A stretch of 64,000 bases of DNA from a virus, in the IMG/VR virus record IMGVR_UViG_3300025941_000018, positions 11,296-75,295 of that record. One strand, 5' to 3'. Both the position numbers and the translations under genes were made by a program. The stretch's first letter is position 1, and every line of letters starts with the position of its first letter. Shown piece after piece: positions 45,454-54,885 of the stretch. Under the pieces are notes generated by a model. It was not told where the DNA came from. It searched no databases and was given only the letters and a program-made list of their open reading frames with translations.

Positions 45454-47387
45454 TACCGCACCCTCCTTGCGCGAATCGATCCGTAGGCGGAAACGGTGCC
45501 TGCGCTGAAGGTCGCCTTGCCAATTAAATACACCGTAGTGGTCGCGCTCACATTGATTTGCTTAGCTGGAACCGTCAGTCCATCAGTAACAGATACGGCG
45601 GTGAACTGAGCGCCGGAATTGACTTCCGTTCCGTCGGTCGCAAGCGTGGCTGACGTGGTGCCAATTGACCCCGCCGAACCTGTGTAGGTCGCCGTGCCGC
45701 CTGCGAAGCTGATGTTGCCCGATACGTCCCAATCGCCTGCGGTGAGTGAGATGCTGGTGACGTTTGCTGCGGTCGCCGTCGTTAAGGAAACCGCACTTCC
45801 CGAGGCTACCAGCGATGAAATCACTTCGCCCACTATCCCCGAGGCGGCGCTGCTACCGGCGACGTAGCCGATGATGCCGTTGGAGAAACTTCCCGTGTTG
45901 GTGGCGATGACATTGCGAGCCAGCAAGTCTCGGTAATTGGCAGTTGTACCGTTATTAACTTCTACAATTCCAGAGTTTGCCGCATAAAGCCCCGCTTGAA
46001 CTGTCGAGAAAGAAGTGTCGTTGTAGAAAAGTACTTTTGTGTTCGGTAATCCTATACCGCCCGCAGTAAAACGGCCAGCAACACCACTTCCGGCTGCGAA
46101 CCAAAGTTGGCTCCCAAACGGGTTATACATACCCGTTCCGGGGTCAGCCCCAAATGCGAACCCAGGCCGTGACGTGCTTCCAATTTGAGCTAAGAAAATG
46201 CCGTTTGTGATCCTGGCTTCCAACCCCAAAGATCCATTGCTGATACTCAGGCTATCGTTCGTTGCAAAAATAAACCCCTTAGTCGCCGCATTCGTAACCG
46301 AAAACCCATTAGTAACCGTTGTTGATCCGAGTGTTACTGGCGCCCCAAAGCTAGTAGCCACGCTCTCTCCATTGGTAAGAATATTGCCTGGTGCCAGGAT
46401 ATTCGCAATGTTCGTCGCCGTGCTGCTCAGCTTGAGCGTGTTCGCGCTGAAGGTAAAGTCCGAGGACAAGTTGATGTTGCTCACCGTGTTGTCGCCTTCG
46501 AGTGCGAGGAGAGAGTTGACCACTGCGTTACTCAAGCTCAACTGATGCGCCGCATCGAGTGTGAAATTGTTGGACCCGCGCACAACGAAGGTGAAGGTCT
46601 GGGTGACGATGGTTCCGGGGCTCGCAATCGATGCTATGGTCAACACCCCGCCACTACTCGCGCCGGTATGCGTATGTTGCGCGCTCGTAAAATCCGAAAT
46701 GGCAGGCTGGTTCAATAACGGATTCGCCGCGAATACCGCCGCTCCGCTCCCTGTCTCATCCGTTAACGCCGTCGCCAATTGCCCCGAACTCAATGATAAC
46801 CTTGCCGGCGGCAATATCCCACTCGTCAGCTGCGAAGCATTCAGCGCTGTCAATCCAACTCCGATTCCTGCGATCTCCCCCAAGGAACTGATAGTGGCTA
46901 ATCCTCCAGCAAAACTGGCCAGCCCCGTCCCATTTCCATCTCCAAGGACAATGGCGCTGTTGTCCACCGACATGCTGCGCTTGTTGGTGGTGTAATTATC
47001 AAACACCGTTCCGGTAATGTGAAGGTCGTTGCCAGCGTTACCGTTGGTTACACCTCCAGAGAGCGCGTTGGTCTGGAAAAACGGGTAGGAAGATGTGATC
47101 CCGTTAGTTGCCGCCTGGGCTGCGGCCGCGGCTACATTTGTTACCAGTAATTTCGAAACATCGGCCGACACCGTGACAAGATGGCCGTTTGTAATCAGGA
47201 TCACGTTTGTTCCTGAACGAACAAAATAACCAGCCGATCCGACCAGCGCTACTCGATTGGTATTCACTAGAATGAATCCCCCATTCGTCCAAACGAAGTC
47301 ATTGGTCGAAAAAGACTGATAAGACGGGTTTGCCGCACGTCCACAAAGGCAGGACAGCAACAGTAGGACCGACAATAATTTCTTCAT
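45453..47387 (-). CDS. Fibre-like T/N/S/G-rich protein with Sec signal peptide
   Basis: MKKLLSVLLLLSCLCGRA; LTDETGSGAAVFA, P.F.F..D.GTGMY, G.VGE...SISLTAGDWDV...ARRVR fibre motifs. Confidence 0.75.
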   Translation of the reverse strand: MKKLLSVLLLLSCLCGRAANPSYQSFSTNDFVWTNGGFILVNTNRVALVGSAGYFVRSGTNVILITNGHLVTVSADVSKLLVTNVAAAAAQAATNGITSSYPFFQTNALSGGVTNGNAGNDLHITGTVFDNYTTNKRSMSVDNSAIVLGDGNGTGLASFAGGLATISSLGEIAGIGVGLTALNASQLTSGILPPARLSLSSGQLATALTDETGSGAAVFAANPLLNQPAISDFTSAQHTHTGASSGGVLTIASIASPGTIVTQTFTFVVRGSNNFTLDAAHQLSLSNAVVNSLLALEGDNTVSNINLSSDFTFSANTLKLSSTATNIANILAPGNILTNGESVATSFGAPVTLGSTTVTNGFSVTNAATKGFIFATNDSLSISNGSLGLEARITNGIFLAQIGSTSRPGFAFGADPGTGMYNPFGSQLWFAAGSGVAGRFTAGGIGLPNTKVLFYNDTSFSTVQAGLYAANSGIVEVNNGTTANYRDLLARNVIATNTGSFSNGIIGYVAGSSAASGIVGEVISSLVASGSAVSLTTATAANVTSISLTAGDWDVSGNISFAGGTATYTGSAGSIGTTSATLATDGTEVNSGAQFTAVSVTDGLTVPAKQINVSATTTVYLIGKATFSAGTVSAYGSIRARRVR

Positions 47388-48343
47388 AGGTAACCTCCAC
47401 CAAGAGCCACGCGCAAAGCCTGTACTCGGTCGGCGTGCTTTTGCACCTGCGCCGCGCTCATCCCCTGGGTCACGCCCAGGTAAGAATTGCGGCCGTCAAT
47501 CCAGCCGCTGATACTTCCAAGACTGTTTAGCGCAAAGGCTACGATCGGGTAAGTGGCAATCGTCGTTCCGGTCTGTGCCGAACTTCCAGAGATCACGCTT
47601 TTAATAGGTGTAATACTGCTGTTTTGCCGATAAAGAGTTAAGGCCCCGGAGCCCGAAGCCGCAGTCCGCATTCCTGCCGAATAACCTCGATACCCAAAGC
47701 TACCCACTGCTGAGTCAGAGTCCTGGACAAAATCAGTGTTCGCGTTCTGGAACCTCCAGCAATAAATCCCTTCGATGTTGCTGGCGTAGTAAAGGGCAAA
47801 ATGCGAACTGTCATTAACCCCGCCGACGCCAAAACTATAGCCATGCCCGGTGGTGTCCAACGTGTGGATGTAAGCCGCCAGTCCCGCATTGGTCGCGGTC
47901 ATCGGCGATGCGCTGCTGGTGATGATGCCCGTGTCGAGATACTTGCTGGTGCCATCACCCTTGAGCCCGTTAATCGTCAAGTCGCCGCCGACAAAGCTAT
48001 GGTTGGTCCACGGGTCGCTTCCGACCGAATGGAAAAATGGCGTAGTCGCCCCAATCAAACTGCTCGAGACTACGAGTATGTCGCTCAGTATCATTGAGTC
48101 GATGCCGTCCGTGACACAGCCACGGTAGTAGGCATCTGCCGCCAGCAGCTCGCCGGCAGTCGGGTAGGTTCCACCGTTGGCCACCACCCGCGCCGCCCAG
48201 GCCAGCGTAAATGAGGCCAATGGTCGCACATTACCCATCCACGGCTGGTCTCGAAACGTGTAGGCCTGCGCGCGCAGCAACTTCGGGATGAAGAGTGTGG
48301 GCACAAACAAAGCGCCGCGTTTTATAAAGGATCGGCGGTTCAT
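47384..48343 (-). CDS. Tat-signal protein with lectin/beta-sandwich-like body
   Basis: MNRRSFIK twin-arginine motif; GLKGDGTSKYLDTG; ends VQAL..ALG. Confidence 0.72.
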   Translation of the reverse strand: MNRRSFIKRGALFVPTLFIPKLLRAQAYTFRDQPWMGNVRPLASFTLAWAARVVANGGTYPTAGELLAADAYYRGCVTDGIDSMILSDILVVSSSLIGATTPFFHSVGSDPWTNHSFVGGDLTINGLKGDGTSKYLDTGIITSSASPMTATNAGLAAYIHTLDTTGHGYSFGVGGVNDSSHFALYYASNIEGIYCWRFQNANTDFVQDSDSAVGSFGYRGYSAGMRTAASGSGALTLYRQNSSITPIKSVISGSSAQTGTTIATYPIVAFALNSLGSISGWIDGRNSYLGVTQGMSAAQVQKHADRVQALRVALGGGYL

Positions 48344-48423
48344 GGTTGCATCACGAGAGCGACAGGGTTAAAGTGAAAACGCTCGCCCGGGCCTGTAACC
48401 CAAGCGAGCATCAAACTAACACG

Positions 48424-48999
48424 ATGCAAAAGATTACCGCTGAGTATCTTGCTGAGCAAGGACTTTCCGCAAACTTCCCCTCTTACTTTTTTGAACGAGT
48501 TGAAATTACTGGAAGTTGTTGGTTTTGGACCGGCTCCCACAGGAAGAAGGGAGTGGCTTATGGAAACGTTTATCGAGGTCTTGGCCGATCTGGCAACAGT
48601 GGCACAATTCTCGCGCATCGAGCGTCCTGGCTCTTGCATTTTGGTCCGGTGCCGAATGGGCTTCAGGTCTGCCATGATTGTCCTGACGGCGATTGCCCCT
48701 ATTGCGTTAATCCAGGTCATCTTTGGCTTGGCACCATTACCGAGAACCTTCAGGACATGGCCAGAAAAGGAAGGCACTGGAGTCCTGTCGGTCGCTACAC
48801 TGGGCAGAAGAGCGCCAATGCGGCGTTCACCGATGCGCAAGCCGATAAGATCCGAACGGAGTATAAGCCGCGTCGAGTGACACTGGATTTCTTGGCGACC
48901 AGATACCAAGTTTCCAAGCAGGTAATCTACCGTATCGTTCATGCCAAGACTTACAACAACACTGGCGCTGCCGATGTGGGATCGTTCAAGCATAAGTGA
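48424..48999 (+). CDS. HNH endonuclease inserted antisense in fibre cluster
   Basis: CWFWTG..YG..AHRASW...VCH.C...CVNPGHL.LGT..EN..DM..KGR; C-terminal HTH; upstream TTGCAT-17-TAAAGT. Confidence 0.9.
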   Translation: MQKITAEYLAEQGLSANFPSYFFERVEITGSCWFWTGSHRKKGVAYGNVYRGLGRSGNSGTILAHRASWLLHFGPVPNGLQVCHDCPDGDCPYCVNPGHLWLGTITENLQDMARKGRHWSPVGRYTGQKSANAAFTDAQADKIRTEYKPRRVTLDFLATRYQVSKQVIYRIVHAKTYNNTGAADVGSFKHK

Positions 49000-50031
49000 T
49001 CACCAAATGGGAAGCGCGATGGCATTCGTCCACTTTTGGGCATGTTGGCTGAAGGTAATAGCGGTCAGGTTAGTACAAAACCAAGTGCCAACCTGATGCA
49101 CATTTGCTGGAGCGGTGATCGCGATTGCGACCGCTGTGCTGTTAGTTACGTAAAAAACTGTCGTTTGGTCCAAGGTCTTTGTCGTATCCACGCCGACTGG
49201 GGCCAGAACCGTAAACGCCGCATTGGTCGAGACCAGCGTGTAGCCTTTGGTGAAGTCTGGGGCGGTCGCCGTGGCACTCACGTTGGTTGTGTAATGCGCC
49301 TGCGTGGTCACCAATGGAACGCTCAGCGTGAGTGAATTGGTGGACAACAAAGCCATCCGCGTTTCTTCCGTCCCGTTGTCATCGCTGCTCTGCGTGAATT
49401 CCAGAAAGCGCTCTGCGTTGTTGGTGGTCCCTGGAACGATGCCGCGCAGCGATAGCATAAAGTCCTGCGCACCAGACCCGTTCCAAACACTGGTGTTGAA
49501 GTTGAACCGCTTGGTTGGTCGATTTGATCCATTGCTCGCGCTTCCATCTTTCTGAATTTTTACCGTGCCGCCGTTCGCGCCAGCAAACCCGAGCTGGATG
49601 ATACTGTTGTTTCCCTCTGACGTGAGCGAAATCGATTGAGCATCGAAAATCAACTTGCCCGCTGAGTCGCTCACAAACACTTTCGCCAAGCAGTTCACGC
49701 CATCCAGTGTGAACATAATTCCGCGGTTATTTTGGTCGGTCCAAAACAGCAGGTTCTCGCCACGAAAAACTTCAGTCATTACCCCCAGCGTAGCCGTGAG
49801 CCCTGAATCGAAGGCGCGACCGTTTCCAATAACAGTCGTTCCCAGAAACGTCGCGTTGGTTCCGAAGCCCGACTCCTTCGCGATGGCGTTTCCGCTAACG
49901 ACGTTGGTTGCCAGCGATTTGTTGATGTTGGTGAGCACTGTCCCACTGTTGGTTGTGCCAAACTGCAACCTAACCGGCTGAGCCGAGAGCAGCAGCGGCC
50001 ATAAAGCGATGAGTGCAAAAAGTTTCTTCAT
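49000..50031 (-). CDS. Fibre-like protein with Sec signal peptide
   Basis: MKKLFALIALWPLLLSA-QP; T/N-rich beta sequence. Confidence 0.7.
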   Translation of the reverse strand: MKKLFALIALWPLLLSAQPVRLQFGTTNSGTVLTNINKSLATNVVSGNAIAKESGFGTNATFLGTTVIGNGRAFDSGLTATLGVMTEVFRGENLLFWTDQNNRGIMFTLDGVNCLAKVFVSDSAGKLIFDAQSISLTSEGNNSIIQLGFAGANGGTVKIQKDGSASNGSNRPTKRFNFNTSVWNGSGAQDFMLSLRGIVPGTTNNAERFLEFTQSSDDNGTEETRMALLSTNSLTLSVPLVTTQAHYTTNVSATATAPDFTKGYTLVSTNAAFTVLAPVGVDTTKTLDQTTVFYVTNSTAVAIAITAPANVHQVGTWFCTNLTAITFSQHAQKWTNAIALPIW

Positions 50032-50035
50032 AAAA

Positions 50036-50284
50036 TTAAGGTCCGATGATTTGATCCCAGGCCGTGTTGGTCAGTCCCGTCGATTGCCAGACGCTGTGGG
50101 GCACGTTCTGGTCGGTGTAAAGTTGGCCGATTGACGTCGGGGTCACTACGCCTACCGGAGAACCCGTTCCGCTGAGATTTCCAGTGCCGGTGCCATCGCT
50201 GCCGCCGTTGTCTTCGCAGCAGGTGGTCATATTCGCAGGGTCGGGATGATGTATTCCGGTCGTTGGGTCGTAAGAATCACTCAT
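50036..50284 (-). CDS. HPDPA-family small protein with GSPxGVV module
   Basis: IHHPDPAN; GTGSPVGVVTP..IGQLYTD...W...W. Confidence 0.7.
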   Translation of the reverse strand: MSDSYDPTTGIHHPDPANMTTCCEDNGGSDGTGTGNLSGTGSPVGVVTPTSIGQLYTDQNVPHSVWQSTGLTNTAWDQIIGP

Positions 50285-50290
50285 AGGTTT

Positions 50291-50707
50291 TTATATCAGT
50301 GTGATGGTGAACTCGCTGGAATAGTCGCTGACCCGAGAACCCCCGAGGGTCCATGCGGCTTCAGCTGCAAATTGGTCTCCCAGCCCTGCGTCGGAAATTA
50401 ACGTAATTGCCCCAGGTGACCCCGGAACATCAGGCACTGAAAAATCGCCACTGGGAAAAGGTCTCCAGCGAAAACTTATCCCGTCCGCGCCGGCGGGAGC
50501 GCTGGTAAGCCAATTGGCAAGCACGTCTGCCCCAAATTGTTGCAGTGTCCAGTCAGTTCCGTGGACCGGCGCAGGTAGTAGCACTGAATCCGATTCCGGT
50601 GTGATGCCAGCCCATCCCGTCGGCGGACTCTGAACTTCTCCGCCGCTGTGAGATTGGCACTCATGCGCGGGGTCTGGATGGCGTAACGATGGAACATATC
50701 CGCTCAT
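50291..50707 (-). CDS. HPDPA-family protein with FN3-like domain
   Basis: YVPSLRHPDPAHECQSHSGGE.QSPPTGW; W..W...SDYS. Confidence 0.72.
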   Translation of the reverse strand: MSGYVPSLRHPDPAHECQSHSGGEVQSPPTGWAGITPESDSVLLPAPVHGTDWTLQQFGADVLANWLTSAPAGADGISFRWRPFPSGDFSVPDVPGSPGAITLISDAGLGDQFAAEAAWTLGGSRVSDYSSEFTITLI

Positions 50708-50709
50708 AA

Positions 50710-50868
50710 TCAATCAGGAGGATTGTCATTAATCGGCGCTTCTGGATCGCCATTCCAGTCCGATGGATGAGACTGCGGTTCGCCTCCACTATGGGACGTA
50801 CATTCATGCGCTGGGTCTGGATGCTTCAACCCGGGCACGTAAAGGAAGCCATTGCCGTCGCCGTTCAT
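50710..50868 (-). CDS. HPDPA-family 52-aa peptide (not in ORF track)
   Basis: MNGDGNGFLYVPGLKHPDPAHECTSHSGGEPQSHPSDW; promoter TTGACC-17-TAGGGT 6 nt before ATG. Confidence 0.75.
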   Translation of the reverse strand: MNGDGNGFLYVPGLKHPDPAHECTSHSGGEPQSHPSDWNGDPEAPINDNPPD

Positions 50869-50948
50869 GGGCGCACCCTATGCCGCGAACGGCACGGGGT
50901 CAAAGGCTATTTTTGGAACTGGGCGCCTTGGCACGCCCGTAAAGAAGA

Positions 50949-51305
50949 CTACTTTGAACCGTTTTTCTCGCCTTCGGCAGGCTCTGCAGGCGCGGGATCT
51001 CCTTTGCGGCCACCCCGTCCGGTGTTCTGCATGATGCTGAATGTGCCCTGAGCGTTGTCCACCGTGGACGTCCGCTCGTCGGTGTAGGTCTCGCAGAACC
51101 GGATCTTGGTATTGACCACCGGCTCGCTCTCGGAGCAGTCAATTTCATTGCTGAAATTGACGTTGATGGACTTCTTTTGAGCCCGATTGCGGATGTTCTG
51201 AATCTGCTCAATGTGCTCGTCATAGAGCGCTTCGATCTGCGCCATGATCGCCTCTTTGATGCCTTCTTCGCTGATGTTTTTAACTGGGTTTTCTGTAGTC
51301 GCCAT
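50949..51305 (-). CDS. Hypothetical protein
   Basis: In-operon ORF. Confidence 0.6.
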   Translation of the reverse strand: MATTENPVKNISEEGIKEAIMAQIEALYDEHIEQIQNIRNRAQKKSINVNFSNEIDCSESEPVVNTKIRFCETYTDERTSTVDNAQGTFSIMQNTGRGGRKGDPAPAEPAEGEKNGSK

Positions 51306-51323
51306 GGGTTTTGTGTTGATGGT

Positions 51324-51563
51324 TTACTGGTCTAAGAAATCGACTTCTTCGTGCTCCAATATCCCGATAACCGGGTTCGCTGGTGAAAACGAGTGCGTCC
51401 AGAAGGGGTGCTTTACGAGCATCACAATTTCAGGAGCGGCTGGATCCGGATGCAGTCCAGTAACGATGGCAGCGCCTCCTGGGTATCCACCGATTGCTTC
51501 GGTCATTATCACGCGGCCAATCGCCGAACGTCCGTAGATGTTTACGAACGATCCGGCGTTCAC
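51324..51563 (-). CDS. Hypothetical protein
   Basis: GTGA-coupled to YqaJ stop. Confidence 0.5.
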   Translation of the reverse strand: MNAGSFVNIYGRSAIGRVIMTEAIGGYPGGAAIVTGLHPDPAAPEIVMLVKHPFWTHSFSPANPVIGILEHEEVDFLDQ

Positions 51564-53341
51564 GGCGTCACCCCAATATCCTCGTAGCTTTCTCGGGATC
51601 GGCCTGCTGCGATGTCGTCGGCAAAAGCCATCTTCACTCGCGGCGGAGGCGGGCCACCGTTCAATTCGATCAGCCGAGCCATCGCACGGTCGAACTTGCC
51701 GAGGAAGATTTCGAGGGCTTCGGCGAGTTTTTCCTGAAAGATTTCGTCGCGTGGAACGGTGATCACCAGCGCAGGGAAATGCCTTCTGTAACTTATGAAC
51801 TGCCATTCCTTGCGGCCCGTGACGAACATCGCTCCCTGAATTTGGCTGATGTGTTCTTTTGGGACCTCGTTCTTGAGCAGATATTTGACGTGTGTTTCGG
51901 CGGCGGGGCACTTTATCTCCACGCCCGAGTAGTCGCCGATAAGGCCGTCGGGCGAGCAGTTGCCAACCCAGGTAAACCGACCACCTCTTCGAACCAAAAC
52001 AATCCCCGTATGGGTAGTTACGCAAAACACATCATCGTCGTGCTGGATTACATTGAACCCAAGCGCTCTGTTTGGGTCTTTGGAAATCACATGATAAGCC
52101 TTTCCAGTTTTCCGTATGTTAATGTGGTATTGGATCTTAGACCATCCGGTTCTGCCGCGAATATTCCAACGCCGCGGCGAACGGATGTGTAATGATGGCC
52201 ACCAGCCGGCCCGGATTACCAACTCGCACAAATCATCGGCGAGCGCTTTATTTGATGTGAATAAAGACCTCTGACCGTTACGACCGGTCCATCCGTCGCC
52301 TATCATAAATCCGCCCAAGAAGGCTCGAATGGCCTTTCGCGATCCGAAACGAATGTAACTCGGGACTCGCTTTCCAAACGTCCCGCTTCCGCAAGATAAT
52401 ACGAGCGCCTCGGCGAGTGCCCGGCGTTCGGTTGTCCAGCCATTCTTTTTTTGGCACCATCTAACCGGAATTGCTTTTATGATCTCTTTTGCAGCATCAA
52501 GTTTTCCTGCTGCAGTTTGAGCTATTCCAACTTTTCCTAGGTTGGTGCCTTGGCGGTTTTTCTCTGTCCACCCTTCCGCTATCCATAGACCTACAAATCG
52601 AGCCCAGTCAATAAACGGAACTCTGAATCCCAGTGGCCCTTTGGGGTGATTTTTTACGGGTGTAAGTTCTTGGACTTCATATTCCTTAGGGTCAACCTGC
52701 TCCTGGTGCCATATCTCAGGAACCTGCACAAATTCTCCGCTTCCTCCAAGATCCTGGCTTTCGATGAACCCCGTTCTCTCGGTCCTGCGCCTTCCTCCAA
52801 CCCATTTCACAATCGTTCCCCAAAGTCGATGATTGGGCGTAACAACAAGATTCACTACAGCATCCCCGTAGTGGTGCATTGGCCCTGTGTAATGATAGCG
52901 AATCAAACGAAGAACGGGCGACCACTTGATTTTGTTGCTGTCGGGATCAAGATTAGCAATTAGATCAGTGCTTTTTACGTCCTGCACGGGAACAAATCCA
53001 CGGTGTGTAAGAATATCTGTTTTTCTATCAAAACACCCAATGCGTCCGTCATCGGTCGTCACCAAGCCGACGCGCTCGATCTTCCAGCCAAATTCAAACT
53101 CAGCCCACGGGATGGCTTCGCCTTCGAGGATTTGGCCTTGCTCGGTCGCGAAGGAGCCGAACCCGGGCAGCGGTCCATTCCATGCCTCGGCGAGTTTGCG
53201 GCAGAGAAAGGTTTTGGGAGTTTCACCTTCCCTCGGCTTGCCGTCGGGGCTAATGAGGCAATCGAACTCGCTGGCAGTCGGAATTCCACATCGAGCTTCT
53301 ATCCATTCTACGGACTGCTGTTGACATTCTACGATCTTCAT
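51560..53341 (-). CDS. YqaJ / lambda-exonuclease-family protein interrupted by intein
   Basis: EW..AR.G.PTAS, G..LE, (G|C)SPDG, EIKCP, QIQG. Confidence 0.92.
   Translation of the reverse strand: MKIVECQQQSVEWIEARCGIPTASEFDCLISPDGKPREGETPKTFLCRKLAEAWNGPLPGFGSFATEQGQILEGEAIPWAEFEFGWKIERVGLVTTDDGRIGCFDRKTDILTHRGFVPVQDVKSTDLIANLDPDSNKIKWSPVLRLIRYHYTGPMHHYGDAVVNLVVTPNHRLWGTIVKWVGGRRRTERTGFIESQDLGGSGEFVQVPEIWHQEQVDPKEYEVQELTPVKNHPKGPLGFRVPFIDWARFVGLWIAEGWTEKNRQGTNLGKVGIAQTAAGKLDAAKEIIKAIPVRWCQKKNGWTTERRALAEALVLSCGSGTFGKRVPSYIRFGSRKAIRAFLGGFMIGDGWTGRNGQRSLFTSNKALADDLCELVIRAGWWPSLHIRSPRRWNIRGRTGWSKIQYHINIRKTGKAYHVISKDPNRALGFNVIQHDDDVFCVTTHTGIVLVRRGGRFTWVGNCSPDGLIGDYSGVEIKCPAAETHVKYLLKNEVPKEHISQIQGAMFVTGRKEWQFISYRRHFPALVITVPRDEIFQEKLAEALEIFLGKFDRAMARLIELNGGPPPPRVKMAFADDIAAGRSRESYEDIGVTP
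51959..53035 (-). mobile_element. Intein (359 aa) with LAGLIDADG homing endonuclease
   Basis: CFDRKTDILT..G start, VTPNH block B, GLWIAEG and FLGGFMIGDG motifs, ends VGN before extein Cys. Confidence 0.93.
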
Positions 53342-53967
53342 ACGCTTGCCCATCTTCGAACAGGTGCCGTTAGCGTCTTTTCCACTATCCACCCGCTTCT
53401 CATTCTTGAATTTACGATCTGACGCGGGAGATTGAGATGCCTTTCCCACTGAGCGGGGGTCATCGTAAGCCCAGAGAAGGTGATTTTTTTGGAATTGCGG
53501 TGGTTGTTGGCCTGGGTAATCGCGTCTGCCCAGCGACAATTTTTAGGCTCATAGTTGCCATCAGGATCAATCCGATCTATGGAGTGTTTCGGCGTTGGCT
53601 TTGATCCCATGTCTGCGTAGAATTGAGCGAAGTTATCCCACGCGCCACAGATCGTTACGCAGCTTCCTCCGTACCTGTGAAACTCGTTATTATTGGGATC
53701 TTTGCAGCGACCTCGCATTTTCATCCAACTTCGCCATTCTGGACTTCTGTGCATTCCGTGCCGCCTGGCGCGGTTTCCAATCATCTCGTTAGCGAGGCAT
53801 CCGCACGACTGTATTTTGCCTGCGCAAAGATGGCCAACTCTAACCTTTGTGGTTTTTCCACAATCGCACAAACAGAGCCAGTACGTATCGTAGCCACGTC
53901 TCTCGAAATCAGCGGTAACGGCAAGCCTTCCAAACCTCTGCCCAGCCAAATTTTTGAATTTGTGCAT
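53338..53967 (-). CDS. HNH endonuclease
   Basis: GQRFGRL..WLCLCDCG..SCGC..SIDRID.DGNYEP.NCRWA. Confidence 0.9.
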   Translation of the reverse strand: MHKFKNLAGQRFGRLAVTADFERRGYDTYWLCLCDCGKTTKVRVGHLCAGKIQSCGCLANEMIGNRARRHGMHRSPEWRSWMKMRGRCKDPNNNEFHRYGGSCVTICGAWDNFAQFYADMGSKPTPKHSIDRIDPDGNYEPKNCRWADAITQANNHRNSKKITFSGLTMTPAQWERHLNLPRQIVNSRMRSGWIVEKTLTAPVRRWASV

Positions 53968-53968
53968 C

Positions 53969-54706
53969 CTAAGTCTTCTCCTTTTTTGCCAGCGTCCGAT
54001 CCAGAAGATCGTACTTCGCCGACGGGATTTCCTCGTAGGTTTTCGCGCCACTAAATTTCAGGAACGCAGCTTCGTCCGACCCTGTGGACATTACGCGCTC
54101 GCGCAAATTCTTCGCCTGCTCTGGCGTGATGGGAGCACCCTCCATTCTCGCGTCGTTGTCCTGCCTCACGACAATATTGAGCGCGTCGCAAAAGACGCCG
54201 CGTTGCGCGTAGCTGGCGGCGCTACCGTCGGCCTGGCTCTCACTTGCTCCTGGCGGGCCTTGACCGATTCGCACCGTGAACTCGTTGGTGACCGAATGGC
54301 CGGCAGAGTGCATGAGCGTACACATCATCGTCACCTTGCCGCTGTCGATTTTGGAACTGAAACGAACGCTGAAACCGTGCTTGTTCAGGTACGGCTGCAC
54401 CTGCTTCATGATCGCTTCGAACGGCGCGTATTTGTATTTGATGTTGCCGTGCTTGTCAGGCACGGGCTTGAGTGCTTGAACGGTCGGCATCTCCTGCTGC
54501 AAGAGCGTGAACGCCCGATTGAACTCGCGCGCGGCATTCCTGTCCTCCATGCGCTCGCTCAGCTTCACCAGTTCGGTAAAGGCAGCGACGTTCGACTCCG
54601 TGATGCCTGCCTTGATCATCGCCTGCATCATCTCGCCTGGGGCCGGTGTCGCCAGCGGCATCGGTTCCATGCGCGTCAGGGATTGGTTTTCGGTTTCGTC
54701 GCTCAC
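53969..54706 (-). CDS. erf: ERF-family ssDNA annealing protein
   Basis: YKYA....I, L.H.AGH, Q..GSA.SYA.R...NI...D.DA. Confidence 0.85.
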   Translation of the reverse strand: MSDETENQSLTRMEPMPLATPAPGEMMQAMIKAGITESNVAAFTELVKLSERMEDRNAAREFNRAFTLLQQEMPTVQALKPVPDKHGNIKYKYAPFEAIMKQVQPYLNKHGFSVRFSSKIDSGKVTMMCTLMHSAGHSVTNEFTVRIGQGPPGASESQADGSAASYAQRGVFCDALNIVVRQDNDARMEGAPITPEQAKNLRERVMSTGSDEAAFLKFSGAKTYEEIPSAKYDLLDRTLAKKEKT

Positions 54707-54885
54707 AGGAAACTTTCCTCCTTCTGCGCCTTGACGGGAGCTTCAGGTTTCGATTTCTCCAAAGCCTCATAAGTCAAATCCAGCGCGGTCTTGATGGCCG
54801 TGACTGGAATGTCGTTGTGCGTGACAGCCAAGTCTAAAGCCTGTTTAAGTCCGTCCTGAAAGCCTTTGTTGTAATCCTCGCTCAT
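54703..54885 (-). CDS. Hypothetical protein
   Basis: Coupled ORF. Confidence 0.55.
   Translation of the reverse strand: MSEDYNKGFQDGLKQALDLAVTHNDIPVTAIKTALDLTYEALEKSKPEAPVKAQKEESFL

Noticed and set aside
48340-48993. 217-aa minus-strand ORF filling the gap between fibre genes
   Set aside because: Antisense to a clear HNH gene; no recognisable features
26243-50868. Diversity-generating retroelement or invertible fibre cassette
   Set aside because: No reverse transcriptase, no adenine-specific TR/VR pair, no inverted recombination sites seen; HPDPA copies differ at all base types
51324-51563. LHPDPA in this ORF as a fifth HPDPA member
   Set aside because: Internal position and none of the flanking YVP/HEC/HSGG residues; probably coincidence
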